Of a DNA stretch of 64,000 nt, positions 11,401 to 21,509 are shown piece by piece (the stretch's first letter is position 1; the number at the start of each line of letters is the position of its first letter). Source of the stretch: a virus; IMG/VR virus record IMGVR_UViG_3300030116_004255, positions 17,956-81,955 of that record; one strand, 5' to 3'. The position numbers and the translations under genes were made by a program. Below the pieces are notes generated by a model. It was given only the letters and a program-made list of their open reading frames with translations. It did no database searches and was not told the DNA's origin.

Positions 11401-12293
11401 GTTTTCTTTAGTTCGTTCATTTCATTTAAATATGAAGTAGCCCTAGTAGTTTTGTTTTCACTTGTAGTTTGTGGATCTGAAACATATTGGGTTCTTGATA
11501 AAGCTGATCCAAATAAATCTTTGTATGGATTACTACTTACAGTTGCTTGTCCAATATTTGCTTCTGCACCATACTTATTAGCTATTAACTCTACTGATTT
11601 TACAAACTCACTAGCGTCATACTGAGCAACTAAAGTTGTTGTGTTTATACCAGAAATATTAGGATCGTCACCACTTTGTCCTCTCACAATAATTGTGGAG
11701 GGATCACTTGTGTGTCCAGAAAATATAGCGCCTACCGGTCCAGCGTCAATGAAACCTTTATTATCTACTTTAAATTCAACATTTAAATCTTGACATACAT
11801 ACTTAATTGCTTTTATTGCTGATTCTGCATAATGTTTACCAGTATATTTTTTGCTGTCAGTTGGCTCTGTTATAGTACCTTTTCTAATAGGTCCCTGACC
11901 ACCAGATTCGTCCCTTAATAATCCTCTTGGTGTTCCTGTAAAATCTAATGTGTCCTCTAATGTTTTATTTTTATATGACCTAACACCAGTAGGACCACCT
12001 GTTTGAGCTATTGGCATACCTCTTGTGTCACTGTCACCTAAATAAGCAATCAAGCCCTGACCAGTTATTAAAACACTCTCGTCATCTCCTATTTCTAAAG
12101 AATAAACAATACCTGTGTATTCTGACGCTGATAGCAAAACACTATCAGAAAATTCTTGCACATTTAGATCTCCTGGAACTATAACTATATGTCCCCAAGC
12201 ATCTATTGTATTTATAACTGAGTTAGGTGTTATCTCTTTATTTAAAGACAAACTAAATTGTCCTGGAGCCATTAATTTTTCGGTGACAGACAT
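8439..12293 (-). CDS. Tail hub/central fibre with FN3 domains and C-terminal S74-type intramolecular chaperone
   Basis: FN3-like LSPNTYYEIGVQAVD and YFRVTAVDSSGNES; SDERLKENI..GFIAQEV..VDY..LVKAVQQL chaperone signature. Confidence 0.85.
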   Translation of the reverse strand: MSVTEKLMAPGQFSLSLNKEITPNSVINTIDAWGHIVIVPGDLNVQEFSDSVLLSASEYTGIVYSLEIGDDESVLITGQGLIAYLGDSDTRGMPIAQTGGPTGVRSYKNKTLEDTLDFTGTPRGLLRDESGGQGPIRKGTITEPTDSKKYTGKHYAESAIKAIKYVCQDLNVEFKVDNKGFIDAGPVGAIFSGHTSDPSTIIVRGQSGDDPNISGINTTTLVAQYDASEFVKSVELIANKYGAEANIGQATVSSNPYKDLFGSALSRTQYVSDPQTTSENKTTRATSYLNEMNELKKTLNVSLEEYDISGDFTVGDKIFIFDPDIGFVDTEADRIEDGRSSLHETVYQGQILNPSKIRILGVTWPVKQGYGVFYRDKDGNYTELTDYVLWESGDVQLEIGDVAPTIGESLGMSGYTVDQTGSPDKSIPDQPVNSAGNNGIDTVAGVYSDGNGISKAFVKVTWNQPTNTDGSTITDGDYYRIRWRVVQDSDGNNIIDTNDNQATQYVYSAVEFDTREFIIYDLSPNTYYEIGVQAVDLAGFDSAYSTVSSIQTPADSGAPNKPDGFATIASNPLRVQFVHNLGQAKDSNGNAVSPVVNFTLAKDISHLNIYASTTTGFDLEYNSTTKKVTQTGFKIGELVATSAHIQNSIAAVGYIDLDNADTHYFRVTAVDSSGNESEPSDEQSGSADLVDSQNIANLAVTNALIANAAITDLKVADVSAGKVTAGTISGQTIILDASGDTGNDSIIKSSNYSTGSAGWSINSDGSAEFQNATIRGSLNASDITTGTLNASLLNTSFIQVSGAASDVNSNSTTIDGGKITADSITASQIASSTITTNQLNFTPFQDGDALTSGTLGGITIDSDNIRTTNYSSSQGFRIESDGDAFFNDVTARGTISGTVDTSLSGGSNGIIQSSTGANRVKIGAALGSAIDFIYSSGTRGIIEAVGTDIFRIYGYEIGDDIQIYAGGLSGQGDMELRAEGLTLSGSSTSNLTIYTPVSTALSLSGNTGNSGQVLKSNGNGMSWGNVETTSNFSNNSNGITINNSNGNINLSFGNNSTNISAGHNHPYGTGNGNGNGNGNSNLTNNNIDGNAHNHSGIHNTHNGLLSVSHVMNSTNPHGITGNNHNHSNYANQNYVNGQITQHRFDVSHSDERLKENITDITLGLDFINRLQPRDFNWKSSYLDNEYSDDNDEASKYKSLVGNTQQGFIAQEVKSAVFAETGSNNAFGGLKIGDITETDKSYTSDSDDFGRVDYTQFVGPLVKAVQQLSAKIDVLEARIDELEGA

Positions 12294-13528
12294 TAGGCTC
12301 TAACCAATCTGACAACTTCATAGACATTGTCTAAGTATTGATCTCTGATCTTGTCAGCAGTATCAATAGAAGTTGCAGATGTCCCATCAAATTCAAAGCC
12401 TATAAATGCTTTGAGTGTTGCAGTGTTGCTTGTGCTATTAATACCACCATTAGTTGTGTCAACATCAAAGTTGTTTGGTGATCCTAAAACAATTCTATTA
12501 CCTTCTGTATCGTTAGCTGTTGAGGTTGAATAACTTGTGTTATCAGTGTAAGCGATAGCAGTAGTTGGCTTTATATTGAATTGAGCAGAAGACCATTGTG
12601 ACGCAACTATTGAAAAGTGCCTAGCACCTCTTCTTAGTGTCACATCAAAAGTTAGTCTTTGATCACGATCAGTAGCGTCGTAATAACTTGTAAGTCTGAT
12701 TGTTGCTACTTCAGGTTCGTTTTTTAAAATCTTAATTGATCTCCAACCCTGCCACTCTGTAAAGCTCGTACCTCTTGAAACAGCAAATTCAGTTGCAGAT
12801 TTATAACCGTCACCATCATAAGTTTGTATAGTAAACCTAGTTTGTGCTGTGTTGTTATCAAAAGTCATTTTTACTAAACCATTTTCCAGTATGGTTGATG
12901 ACGGTGAGTTGTTAGGTGACTCTAGACCACATCTTAGTCTTGACACATCAGCAACATCGTCAGTGTATATCTTGCAAGAGTTCTTATAAAAATCGTCAGT
13001 ATCTATCAAATATTTAGCGTTGTATGATCTTATATCTGACGCATACCTTACTATCGTATTACCGTCTGCACCTACTCTTGTAAAGTTTGACGGTGTATTG
13101 CTATGGCTATGGTTATATGAGTCAACTGGTCCTGCATAAAACTGTGTTGTTGTAGAAGTAATAGAGTGATCATTTTCTATCAAACCACCAGAAAACTGGC
13201 TTTCAAATTCCAGTTCACCCATATTTCCTAAATAATCTAGATCTATATTGTATTCATATCCACCGATCATGACTCTGTTGGTACTAATACCAGCACCCAT
13301 AACTTTTACATATCCAGACATTGAACTATCCCCAGACCAAATAAAAGGAACTGTATAATATCCATTTGCACAAGCAAGTAATTCATCCCTTAAATACTTA
13401 ATAGTGTCTAAGCTACTATCAACAAAAACTCCATTTAAACTTAAAGAGTGTTCATTACCGCTTTTATTTTGAGTTAAAGATCCTGGTGAAGTAAAAGTTA
13501 ATCTACCTATTGTTATTGTATTAGACAT
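12293..13528 (-). CDS. Minor tail protein (distal tail position)
   Basis: Between tape measure and hub; beta-rich. Confidence 0.65.
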   Translation of the reverse strand: MSNTITIGRLTFTSPGSLTQNKSGNEHSLSLNGVFVDSSLDTIKYLRDELLACANGYYTVPFIWSGDSSMSGYVKVMGAGISTNRVMIGGYEYNIDLDYLGNMGELEFESQFSGGLIENDHSITSTTTQFYAGPVDSYNHSHSNTPSNFTRVGADGNTIVRYASDIRSYNAKYLIDTDDFYKNSCKIYTDDVADVSRLRCGLESPNNSPSSTILENGLVKMTFDNNTAQTRFTIQTYDGDGYKSATEFAVSRGTSFTEWQGWRSIKILKNEPEVATIRLTSYYDATDRDQRLTFDVTLRRGARHFSIVASQWSSAQFNIKPTTAIAYTDNTSYSTSTANDTEGNRIVLGSPNNFDVDTTNGGINSTSNTATLKAFIGFEFDGTSATSIDTADKIRDQYLDNVYEVVRLVRA

Positions 13529-13640
13529 TTCTTAACCTACACTTTGGACACACTTGATGATTACCCATTTGATAGAAGTAATCACTACAACCATCTTGTT
13601 GACAATAAATCATATTTTCTACCTGTTTATTGTCGATCAT
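13521..13640 (-). CDS. 39-aa Cys4 zinc-ribbon microprotein (not in ORF track)
   Basis: MIDNKQVENMIYCQQDGCSDYFYQMGNHQVCPKCRLRNV; TAATG-coupled to tape measure stop. Confidence 0.55.
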   Translation of the reverse strand: MIDNKQVENMIYCQQDGCSDYFYQMGNHQVCPKCRLRNV

Positions 13641-16600
13641 TATCTACCTCTAATACCTGTTCCTATTAATCCTTCTCTATCGAGTTTGGACAATTCTTTT
13701 CTAATTGCGATTGCTGCTTTTCTTGCTTGCATTGGATCAGAAGGAACACCTGAAACATTTACATTTAAATTTTGTACGCTAATACTACTACCAGTTGTTT
13801 TACCTATTGGTGTTATATCAACTCCACCACCAGGTATTGCTCTTATCAACTCTGGTCCGTACTCACCAACTAGACCAATTCCAGCGCCCAAGAAACCACC
13901 GCCGTAATATCCTGGTATCCTACCGCCTTTGTAATTACCATAAATTGTTCCACTACCAGTAGTAAGTTTTATAGTTCTTTCTTGTCCAGTCACTCTTTCT
14001 AGATCTTGTTCTATTTGATCTAGTCCAGCATCAAATTGTGATTTATCAATATTGATTGTTATTGCTTCTTGCTCTATCTTTAAGTTCGTATTGAAATATT
14101 TTTCTGCTATTCCGTCAACTTCATTTGCAAAGTCTTGACCAAGAGTATCTGCAAGTTCTGATGTCGTATCAACTATTTTGTTTATAACATCATTGTCAAT
14201 ACCTACTACTTGTCCTAGTTTTTTAAATGTTTCAATAGCACCAGGTCCCATTTGTAGTAATTGAAATGCTTGATTTGCTAAACCAAATTGCTGTTGTGCT
14301 AAACGCATTTTTGCGTCTTCTATTTCTTCGTCTAGTTCACTTAATCTATTTGCTCTTGCGTTTTCAGCTTTATCCAACTCTTGCTCTGCTAATTGATATT
14401 CTGCAAGAGATATGGTGCCTTCTTCGTAAGCAAGTTTTAAGAAATCTCTTTTATCTGTGGCGTCCTGTATAGCTTTATTTTGTGCTGCTGTATTACCTTT
14501 AAGTAATTCTGTTTGTTCCGATATAAGTTCGTTTAAGTTCTTTTCAGCTTTTGCTCTACTTCTTTGAGCATTAAATACACCAAATTGAGAACCAAATGCT
14601 GAATTAATTTCATTTGTAGCCTCACCAACAGATTGTTTAATTAGATCTAAAAAGTCAATCATTGTTCCTTTAAATTCCATTTCTAAATTTGGATAACCCT
14701 GTTGTATACCCTCTACAAAACCTAACATTAAGAAATTACCAAGTTCTTTTGTGACTCTTGATGGTGATCCGAATCCACCCTCTTCTTCTATAACTTTGAT
14801 AGTATTATCAAAAACTTTTCTCATTGTTTTGTATAATTCTGGTGATTCTTCCCTGATACCCTCGATCATACCGCCAATAGTATTACGGCCTAATTCTGTC
14901 ATTTTATCTACGGCCTCTTCACTTACACCATCAACACTGTCAAATAATGCGTCTTTTAATTCGTTAGAGGTAGATAGGTTTGCACCTTCAAGCATTACTT
15001 CAAATAGATTTAATTGATCAGCATCGTTTAATAAGTTTTGTATAACTTGTGCATATTCAGGTCCTAGAGATGAAAACAATAATGCTGCGTCGTCAAAGCC
15101 CTCTTGGACTAAGAAATCAATTTGTTGTTCAAATATTTCTTTAAGTCTTATTTTGTCAGCTAAATTTTTATTTATTTCTTCAGCAGACATTTGGGCTAAT
15201 TCCCCAACACCGTCTAAAGTATTAAATAAACCTTCAGCACCAGCTCTAGCTTGTTCTGCAATTCTTTCAAAAATATTTTCACTATTTTTAACTTCGTCAA
15301 ATAGACTTGAATAACTATCTTCCGCGTCACCATTTAAACGAATTTGTTCCATTGTTTGACGGATCATAGTCTCTTGTGCAGGGAACATAACTTCGGTTAT
15401 ACCAAGCTGTTCCATAGCTTGTATTCTTAGTGTTCTTTCTTTTTCGTCATTGTAAGCCTTTACAACTTGTCTATTTTTTTCAATAGGTCCTAATATTCCA
15501 TTGTAAAAACTTACTAGTTCTTGATTTTGAGTGACCATCATTGCTCGTTCTTTTGGACTCATCATTAAGAAATCAAACAAGACAGATTTATCTATATAGT
15601 CGTCCTCGTACCCAGCCGTAATGTCTTCAATAAAGGCCTCGACACCTTCTCTTGTTTTTGTGACTGTGTTATCAAACCCCTCTATAAAACCACTTTCTAA
15701 TAGTTTATAACCTTTGCTTGATCCTGGACCGCTAGCTAAAAAGTTATTTATATCACCCATAGCTGCTACAAATTGTTGTTCATTTAATATTTGATCTACA
15801 AATGCTTCCCAACCGTTTGTATCGCCAGCAATAGCAAAAATTGTTTTTTCAAGAAAAGCATCTTTATCAAAACCCTCTGGTGCTTTTTCTAAGGCCTCTT
15901 GAAACTCCGCGCTGTTAAACAACATTGCTTGTACACCCTGAGCATCTGGTCCATCAATACCTGAAAACGCTTCTAATGTACGCCTCATCATTTCTAGCTC
16001 ACCTGTGGCTGCTGCTGATCTTGCACCTATAATTCCAAGAGTTGTTCCTAGTAATACAAAGAACCCTGCTGGACCACTAACTAATCCCATAGCTATGGCT
16101 TGTACTCTTTGTAGCTGTGCGCCAAAAATAGCTAATGCTAATGTCAAAGATCCAAGAGCTACTTTCAAAAATCCCATTGCGTTTTCTGACTCAACTATTC
16201 CTAATAAAAAGTTTTGTACAAACCTGTTAGCATCTTTAAGAGTTGGTACTAATTGATCTCCAATTTGTACTTGTAATTCGTTAAATATGTTTTTAGTTAT
16301 TTGTAATTGTGATTCTAAAGTTGCATATTTCTTTAAGGCCTCTTCTGTTGCTGCTGTGTTCTCTATCATTGCTTTTGTAGCTAGATCTAGAGTTTCGCCA
16401 ACCAAACCACCTGCTTCAGCAAGACCAAGAAGTGCAAGCATTGTTCTACGCTGTGACAGGCCTAGCTTATCTAATAATCCAACTACATCTGTACCACTAT
16501 CATTTAAAGCACCTAATCCTTCAATAAAGGCCTGTACTGCTCTTGCAGGATCGTCTTGGAAAAATGCGGAAAAAGCCTCAGTGACAGATCCACCAAAGTC

Positions 16601-17386
16601 AGAAAAATCTTGTGTTCCGTTAGCTGCTATTTGTGCAAATAACTGTACTTCGTCACCAGCAGATATTACAGAAGAGTTAATACTTTGAAATACACGAGCA
16701 ACCGCAGTACCACCAGCCTGAGCAGGAACACCGATTGCTTGTAAAGCTGTTGCAAATGCTAACGCATCTTCAGTACCAGCACCTACCTGAGCTGCGGCCT
16801 GTTGGATACGCAAAACAGTAGTCATAATTTCTGACTCTGTTGCAGCAAAGTTGTTTCCTAGATCTACAATTACAGAAGCTATATTTGAAAAAGTTTCGCC
16901 ATTTGTTTGTGCAATAGCATCTAACCTAGCAAGACCTAGTGCTGCGTTTTCAACTGTTAAGTTAGTTGTGACAGCTAATTGAGATACAACTTGAATAAAT
17001 GATGGTAAGTTTTCTACCGCTACACCTAACTGTCCACCAAGCTCACCAATTCTATTTAAGTCGTCAGTGCTGACTGGTGATATTGTAGATAATTCTTTTA
17101 CAGATTCAGCTAAGGCATCAAATTGTTCTTCAGTAGCCTCTACTGTTTTTCTAATACCAGCAAAGCTAGCTTCAAAAGCTATAGCAGATTGAGCAGCTTT
17201 AAAAAATTCAATAGTGATTGCGCCGATACCGATCATTGCAGCAGAGGCAGCTTTCGCAGCTTGGGCTGCTACCATTTGTTGCTTTTGTGCAGTTTTCTCT
17301 ACTACATCATCAACATCTTTTTTAAGTTCAACAAAGCCCTTTTGTTCTATGGGGGTATATACATTAATTACTGCTGGTCTGGTCAT
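13640..17386 (-). CDS. Tape measure protein
   Basis: 1248 aa Ala-rich helical; FEASFAGIRKTV / LGNNFAATESEI TP901-like core; C-terminal VGEYGPEL. Confidence 0.92.
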   Translation of the reverse strand: MTRPAVINVYTPIEQKGFVELKKDVDDVVEKTAQKQQMVAAQAAKAASAAMIGIGAITIEFFKAAQSAIAFEASFAGIRKTVEATEEQFDALAESVKELSTISPVSTDDLNRIGELGGQLGVAVENLPSFIQVVSQLAVTTNLTVENAALGLARLDAIAQTNGETFSNIASVIVDLGNNFAATESEIMTTVLRIQQAAAQVGAGTEDALAFATALQAIGVPAQAGGTAVARVFQSINSSVISAGDEVQLFAQIAANGTQDFSDFGGSVTEAFSAFFQDDPARAVQAFIEGLGALNDSGTDVVGLLDKLGLSQRRTMLALLGLAEAGGLVGETLDLATKAMIENTAATEEALKKYATLESQLQITKNIFNELQVQIGDQLVPTLKDANRFVQNFLLGIVESENAMGFLKVALGSLTLALAIFGAQLQRVQAIAMGLVSGPAGFFVLLGTTLGIIGARSAAATGELEMMRRTLEAFSGIDGPDAQGVQAMLFNSAEFQEALEKAPEGFDKDAFLEKTIFAIAGDTNGWEAFVDQILNEQQFVAAMGDINNFLASGPGSSKGYKLLESGFIEGFDNTVTKTREGVEAFIEDITAGYEDDYIDKSVLFDFLMMSPKERAMMVTQNQELVSFYNGILGPIEKNRQVVKAYNDEKERTLRIQAMEQLGITEVMFPAQETMIRQTMEQIRLNGDAEDSYSSLFDEVKNSENIFERIAEQARAGAEGLFNTLDGVGELAQMSAEEINKNLADKIRLKEIFEQQIDFLVQEGFDDAALLFSSLGPEYAQVIQNLLNDADQLNLFEVMLEGANLSTSNELKDALFDSVDGVSEEAVDKMTELGRNTIGGMIEGIREESPELYKTMRKVFDNTIKVIEEEGGFGSPSRVTKELGNFLMLGFVEGIQQGYPNLEMEFKGTMIDFLDLIKQSVGEATNEINSAFGSQFGVFNAQRSRAKAEKNLNELISEQTELLKGNTAAQNKAIQDATDKRDFLKLAYEEGTISLAEYQLAEQELDKAENARANRLSELDEEIEDAKMRLAQQQFGLANQAFQLLQMGPGAIETFKKLGQVVGIDNDVINKIVDTTSELADTLGQDFANEVDGIAEKYFNTNLKIEQEAITINIDKSQFDAGLDQIEQDLERVTGQERTIKLTTGSGTIYGNYKGGRIPGYYGGGFLGAGIGLVGEYGPELIRAIPGGGVDITPIGKTTGSSISVQNLNVNVSGVPSDPMQARKAAIAIRKELSKLDREGLIGTGIRGR

Positions 17387-17707
17387 AGTCTTCCTTAACT
17401 ACTCTTTTTTGATCTTCCAAAAGTTGATCAACAGAAGTAGGAACACGATTTCTATTTCTACCCATTCTGCGATCAAGCTCTTCTTTATACCAGCCTGGTG
17501 GTGGATCATCGCCTTCAGCTTCTTTACTGTTAGAGAGTTCTTCCATAGCAGGCCTAAAGAAGTTTGATTGTTCTAAGGGCATTTTACCAAGTAATCTATA
17601 AAATTTGCGCCATTCAACTTCTAGGGGTTCATGTAGATTATAAAATCTGAGAAAGTCAGATTCCACATCAGACCATCGATCTACTATGTCAATGATCTTG
17701 TATGTTA
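17364..17707 (-). CDS. Tail assembly chaperone frameshift extension (gpT-like)
   Basis: -1 frame is open from the slippery site and joins ORF 17364-17666 (ITYKIIDIVDRWSDVESDFLRF...). Confidence 0.8.
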
Positions 17708-18058
17708 TTTTGGGGAATCAGCGTCATCCTCATCAGTTGGCAGTTCTTGATCTTGGACTACATCTGCGCCTAGGCCATATTGTTCCATTAGCCAAGCTGA
17801 TATTTCTTGTAGGGTTTTGAAATCGACTTCTTTTTCTAGTGCGACTAAATTTTCAAGACCGAAAATTGAACTAAACCATTGTTTTAAATTTGAGGCTGCT
17901 AGCGAGCCATCGTCATTCATCCAAGTCATTTGATCTAAAACAACTTTGGCTGATAAGAATGGTGGAAAGTTATATTCTTTTCCATTTACCTTAACCACTA
18001 TTGGTTCGGTATTACTCGCTTCTTTAGCAGCATCAAAATCTTTAAAACGCTTACTCAT
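17705..18058 (-). CDS. Tail assembly chaperone (gpG-like)
   Basis: Between tail tube and tape measure; GGGAGG RBS. Confidence 0.8.
   Translation of the reverse strand: MSKRFKDFDAAKEASNTEPIVVKVNGKEYNFPPFLSAKVVLDQMTWMNDDGSLAASNLKQWFSSIFGLENLVALEKEVDFKTLQEISAWLMEQYGLGADVVQDQELPTDEDDADSPK
17708..17714 (-). other. -1 programmed frameshift slippery site C CCA AAA
   Basis: XXXYYYZ heptamer in frame directly before the TAA of the chaperone gene. Confidence 0.85.
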
Positions 18059-18085
18059 TGTATCCTCCCATCTTAATTAAGCATT

Positions 18086-18742
18086 TTAGTTGACGGAACC
18101 TTCAGTTGTACTGTTGGTGTTGTCAACAATTCTAAACAGATTGTTCTTACCGTCAGTAGTTCCTACTGCGGTTGATGAGCTATCTGGTACTAATATTTTA
18201 AACTCAACAGCAATAAGCACTTTTTGAGGTGCTTTTTGGTGAGCCATAGAAAAAGCTCCAACATTGACAGCACGAGGGATCTGTATGTGACGGATAGCGC
18301 CACTTGGACCACTTGTGACCAACAATAAGGCTTTTTCACCAAAAGTAGTTGTTGCAGGTGGAACTAATGAATCATAACCAGTTCCATAAGTTGCATCGTT
18401 TTCACTTAATTGTGAAGATGTACCACCAAAAGCAACATTTAAATTTGCTAAACTAGCTTGTGCTAGAGTACCAGTTAGTCGAACTTCTTGTGCAGTCTTT
18501 ACAGACTTAATAGGATCAATTTCTTCTGCGACCATAATGTCTTCAAAAGTCTTGTCATATTCAAGAGTCCAGCCATCTTCAGAGTATCCTATGTCGCCCC
18601 AGGAAGAGCTATTGTCTGCCCATTCAGTAGCAGTTGTACTGTCTGCGCCTGGAAATGCTGTTCCTTTATCTGCTGTATATAGAACACCTGTACCAATAAG
18701 AACATCGGATATAGTACCTGATGTATTATATGTTGTTGGCAT
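18086..18742 (-). CDS. Major tail (tube) protein
   Basis: WGDIGYSEDG motif, size and synteny. Confidence 0.85.
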   Translation of the reverse strand: MPTTYNTSGTISDVLIGTGVLYTADKGTAFPGADSTTATEWADNSSSWGDIGYSEDGWTLEYDKTFEDIMVAEEIDPIKSVKTAQEVRLTGTLAQASLANLNVAFGGTSSQLSENDATYGTGYDSLVPPATTTFGEKALLLVTSGPSGAIRHIQIPRAVNVGAFSMAHQKAPQKVLIAVEFKILVPDSSSTAVGTTDGKNNLFRIVDNTNSTTEGSVN

Positions 18743-18789
18743 ATATTCTCCTAACTTAACTTATACTTTTAATATGTTTGCAAACATAT

Positions 18790-19098
18790 CTATTCTTCCT
18801 CAGAGAACCAATCCTCTTCGGAAACAGTGTCATCTACCTCATCGCTAGATTTATCGTCATTGTCTTCTGATAAAACAGTCTGACTGACTTCTTTGACTTC
18901 CCAATCTGATCCTTCTTCAATGAATTTAGGTATCCCTAGAGTACCGTTCCATTGACGACCAGTTGACTCTTTAAGTCTTTTCCAATCAGTCCCATTAACT
19001 TCTGTCCACTCATCTTTCGTAAATGTCAACCCAGTAATTTCATCACCGATTGTCCCTGCTGGGTACAAAGGGTTAACTTTTATTTTTACTTTAGCCAT
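18790..19098 (-). CDS. Hypothetical protein, acidic C-terminus
   Basis: AGGAG RBS with TATAAT upstream. Confidence 0.7.
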   Translation of the reverse strand: MAKVKIKVNPLYPAGTIGDEITGLTFTKDEWTEVNGTDWKRLKESTGRQWNGTLGIPKFIEEGSDWEVKEVSQTVLSEDNDDKSSDEVDDTVSEEDWFSEEE

Positions 19099-19144
19099 AA
19101 TTTACTCCTGAGATTATATTAGAGGATTTTTTTGCAGATTAGTG

Positions 19145-19624
19145 TTATTCAGTATATCGATAAGTCATTGCAACACTGATTTGGAATTGTGCTACTTGTA
19201 TATCTCTTTGTTCTACTCTTGTAGGGGCTACTTGTACTTCAAAATCGTAAATGAGAGCTTTAACTCCAGATCCAGTTGTGACTTCTATTTGTCCCTCAGT
19301 AAAGGCCTCTTTAAATATTATCTGTGCAATATTACTAGCAGTAGTAAAGTCTGGTTCTGATTTAGTACCATCACTACCCCATCTACCTGCATATACGATC
19401 ATTGTCATGTCAGCTATATTGACTGCTGATTGAGAAGCTGGATCTAATAAAGAATTTCCGTTATTTGTTATAACAATAAAAGGTAATGTAGGACTACTAG
19501 GTAATCTAGTAGATATTCTTGTTGACACCTCGTCTGTTATGCTTGTTTTACTTAAAAGCCACGCCCTTAATACAATTTCAGGATCAGGTGGCATATTTGC
19601 GTTATCATTTATTCCAAAACCCAT
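19145..19624 (-). CDS. Tail terminator/completion protein
   Basis: RISTRLP..PTLPFIVI motif and synteny. Confidence 0.7.
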   Translation of the reverse strand: MGFGINDNANMPPDPEIVLRAWLLSKTSITDEVSTRISTRLPSSPTLPFIVITNNGNSLLDPASQSAVNIADMTMIVYAGRWGSDGTKSEPDFTTASNIAQIIFKEAFTEGQIEVTTGSGVKALIYDFEVQVAPTRVEQRDIQVAQFQISVAMTYRYTE

Positions 19625-20604
19625 TAGAAAGGAACCTCTCCACTACCGCTTACAAATTCTATTGCTTGTGTTTCACCAGCATTTTCTACACTTAATTCAT
19701 CTGCATCTTGCGGTGGTCTTACTGGCTGATAAGACATATAATTCATCTTATTAGACATTTTCTTACCATTTACTACTAAATCATAATCAACTTGTGGAAA
19801 ATAATGGGTTAATGCGGCCATAAGAGATTTACCTAACCAACCAAAGTTTCTTGCAGGACTAAAACTTTCTCTACCAGGATACCAACCACCATAAACAGTT
19901 TTCCACCAGTATGGAGCTTGATCCGCCTCACGAAGATTACCACCTGGTCCTGATCCAATACTAATACGACCAGTTGCTACTGATCTTGCGTCGCTAAAAT
20001 AAATACCCCTAATTCTTATACTATCTCTTAAATTACCAGTGACAATAGGTGCCTCTCTATTACCATCAGCATTACCAGTCTTCACTCCACCAATCATGTT
20101 GTACTGTATATCCCTAAGTAAGTTGGGCATACTAAACTCTTCAATCGTCAAACCTTTTTTTTGCATATCCTTTAGAGCCTTTAAATATTCACGCTCTAAC
20201 TTACCACCCATTTCTTTATTAATTTTTGCTTTTACATCTTCAGTTAATACTTGTCCAAACACTTGCGTTTTTTGTTGAACTTTGTTGTTATAGTAATTCT
20301 GCACTTTTTGTGTTGCAATTTTTCCGTAAAACCTATTTGCAATACGAGTTGCTACACCCATAGTTTGAGGTATAACAGTTTGTCCAATACGACCAGATAT
20401 TCTACCTGCAACTCTTCTTTGTATACGCAAAGAAGCACCCTGTCCTCTAGGTGTTAAAGATTTTAAGTCAGCACCAATTCTTGCATATTGTAGGCCTAAA
20501 CTTCTTATAGGACGCAAGCCCTGATCAAGAACATTAAGAGATATAACATCGCCAATACCTATGGAAGTTTGGTATAAAAGATCTGTAAAACGATTGCTAG
20601 CCAT
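19624..20604 (-). CDS. Neck protein with HK97 gp10-like segment
   Basis: APIVTGNLRDSI motif; long basic N-terminal extension. Confidence 0.55.
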   Translation of the reverse strand: MASNRFTDLLYQTSIGIGDVISLNVLDQGLRPIRSLGLQYARIGADLKSLTPRGQGASLRIQRRVAGRISGRIGQTVIPQTMGVATRIANRFYGKIATQKVQNYYNNKVQQKTQVFGQVLTEDVKAKINKEMGGKLEREYLKALKDMQKKGLTIEEFSMPNLLRDIQYNMIGGVKTGNADGNREAPIVTGNLRDSIRIRGIYFSDARSVATGRISIGSGPGGNLREADQAPYWWKTVYGGWYPGRESFSPARNFGWLGKSLMAALTHYFPQVDYDLVVNGKKMSNKMNYMSYQPVRPPQDADELSVENAGETQAIEFVSGSGEVPF

Positions 20605-20936
20605 TAGCTACTCTTTCTTACTTGTAGCCTTTTTATAACTGCACTTCCGTGTCTATTTTTCATAATACTAATACCAATGATTTCGTAATATGTTGAACCA
20701 ATAGCAATACGATTACCATTATTTACAGTGACGCTAGCTGGTATGTAAAGATCATATTCGTCAACAAGAAGTTCTTTATTCTCTTGTGTTTCATCAGATC
20801 TTTGGGTGACTAATCTACCCTTAGTTGTAGTTGAAGTTGTCCAACTAGAACTATACAAACCTCTGTCATCTACTGAAGAGGTATCTACTGTTTGAACTGT
20901 TATATCTTCTTTAAGATTTTTTGTATATACTGACAT
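20604..20936 (-). CDS. Head closure (stopper) protein
   Basis: 110 aa, SPP1 gp16-like pattern (GNRIAIGSTYYEI). Confidence 0.7.
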   Translation of the reverse strand: MSVYTKNLKEDITVQTVDTSSVDDRGLYSSSWTTSTTTKGRLVTQRSDETQENKELLVDEYDLYIPASVTVNNGNRIAIGSTYYEIIGISIMKNRHGSAVIKRLQVRKSS

Positions 20937-20975
20937 ATCATTACTTTAGTAAGCAATTCCAGAATCATAAGGATT

Positions 20976-21509
20976 TTAGTTTTCTAGTTTTTTTCTTAAT
21001 TTTTCTAGAGTTTCTCTTTTTTTCTGTATGTCAGCTAATTTACCGCTAGGATTTTCTAAACAATTTTTACAAACTTTTTGTCTACCGTCTTTGTATTTTT
21101 GTGTCTTACCAAAACTTTTTATAGGTACTATATCACCACATTTAGCACATTGTTTTTCTGTTGGGTTCCAACTTTGTTTTTCTACATACTGCTGTGCTTC
21201 TTTGACGCCAAGCCAAATAGCAGGATCTTCTTTCATCCAACTTAAAAACTTTTCTAGGCCTATTGGTAGATCTTCATACAATTCTCTAACAGTAAGGCCG
21301 TATTTACCATCTCTAATTCTGTCAATAACAGTAATTGCTACTTGATGATCTATTGCAGATATAGGATCAAAGCCTGCTTGTTCTCTTAATTGTCTAACTC
21401 TTTCGTGTGAACACTCCCACTCTCTAGCCCAATCACTTAAAGGTTTGTGTGGATCAGCTTTAAATAATTCATAAGCCTTTTCAACATTAGGTACTTTTCT
21501 ACTTGGCAT
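20976..21509 (-). CDS. HTH plus CxxC zinc-finger DNA-binding protein
   Basis: LSDWAREWECSHERVRQL HTH; KQCAKC...CKNC. Confidence 0.65.
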   Translation of the reverse strand: MPSRKVPNVEKAYELFKADPHKPLSDWAREWECSHERVRQLREQAGFDPISAIDHQVAITVIDRIRDGKYGLTVRELYEDLPIGLEKFLSWMKEDPAIWLGVKEAQQYVEKQSWNPTEKQCAKCGDIVPIKSFGKTQKYKDGRQKVCKNCLENPSGKLADIQKKRETLEKLRKKLEN

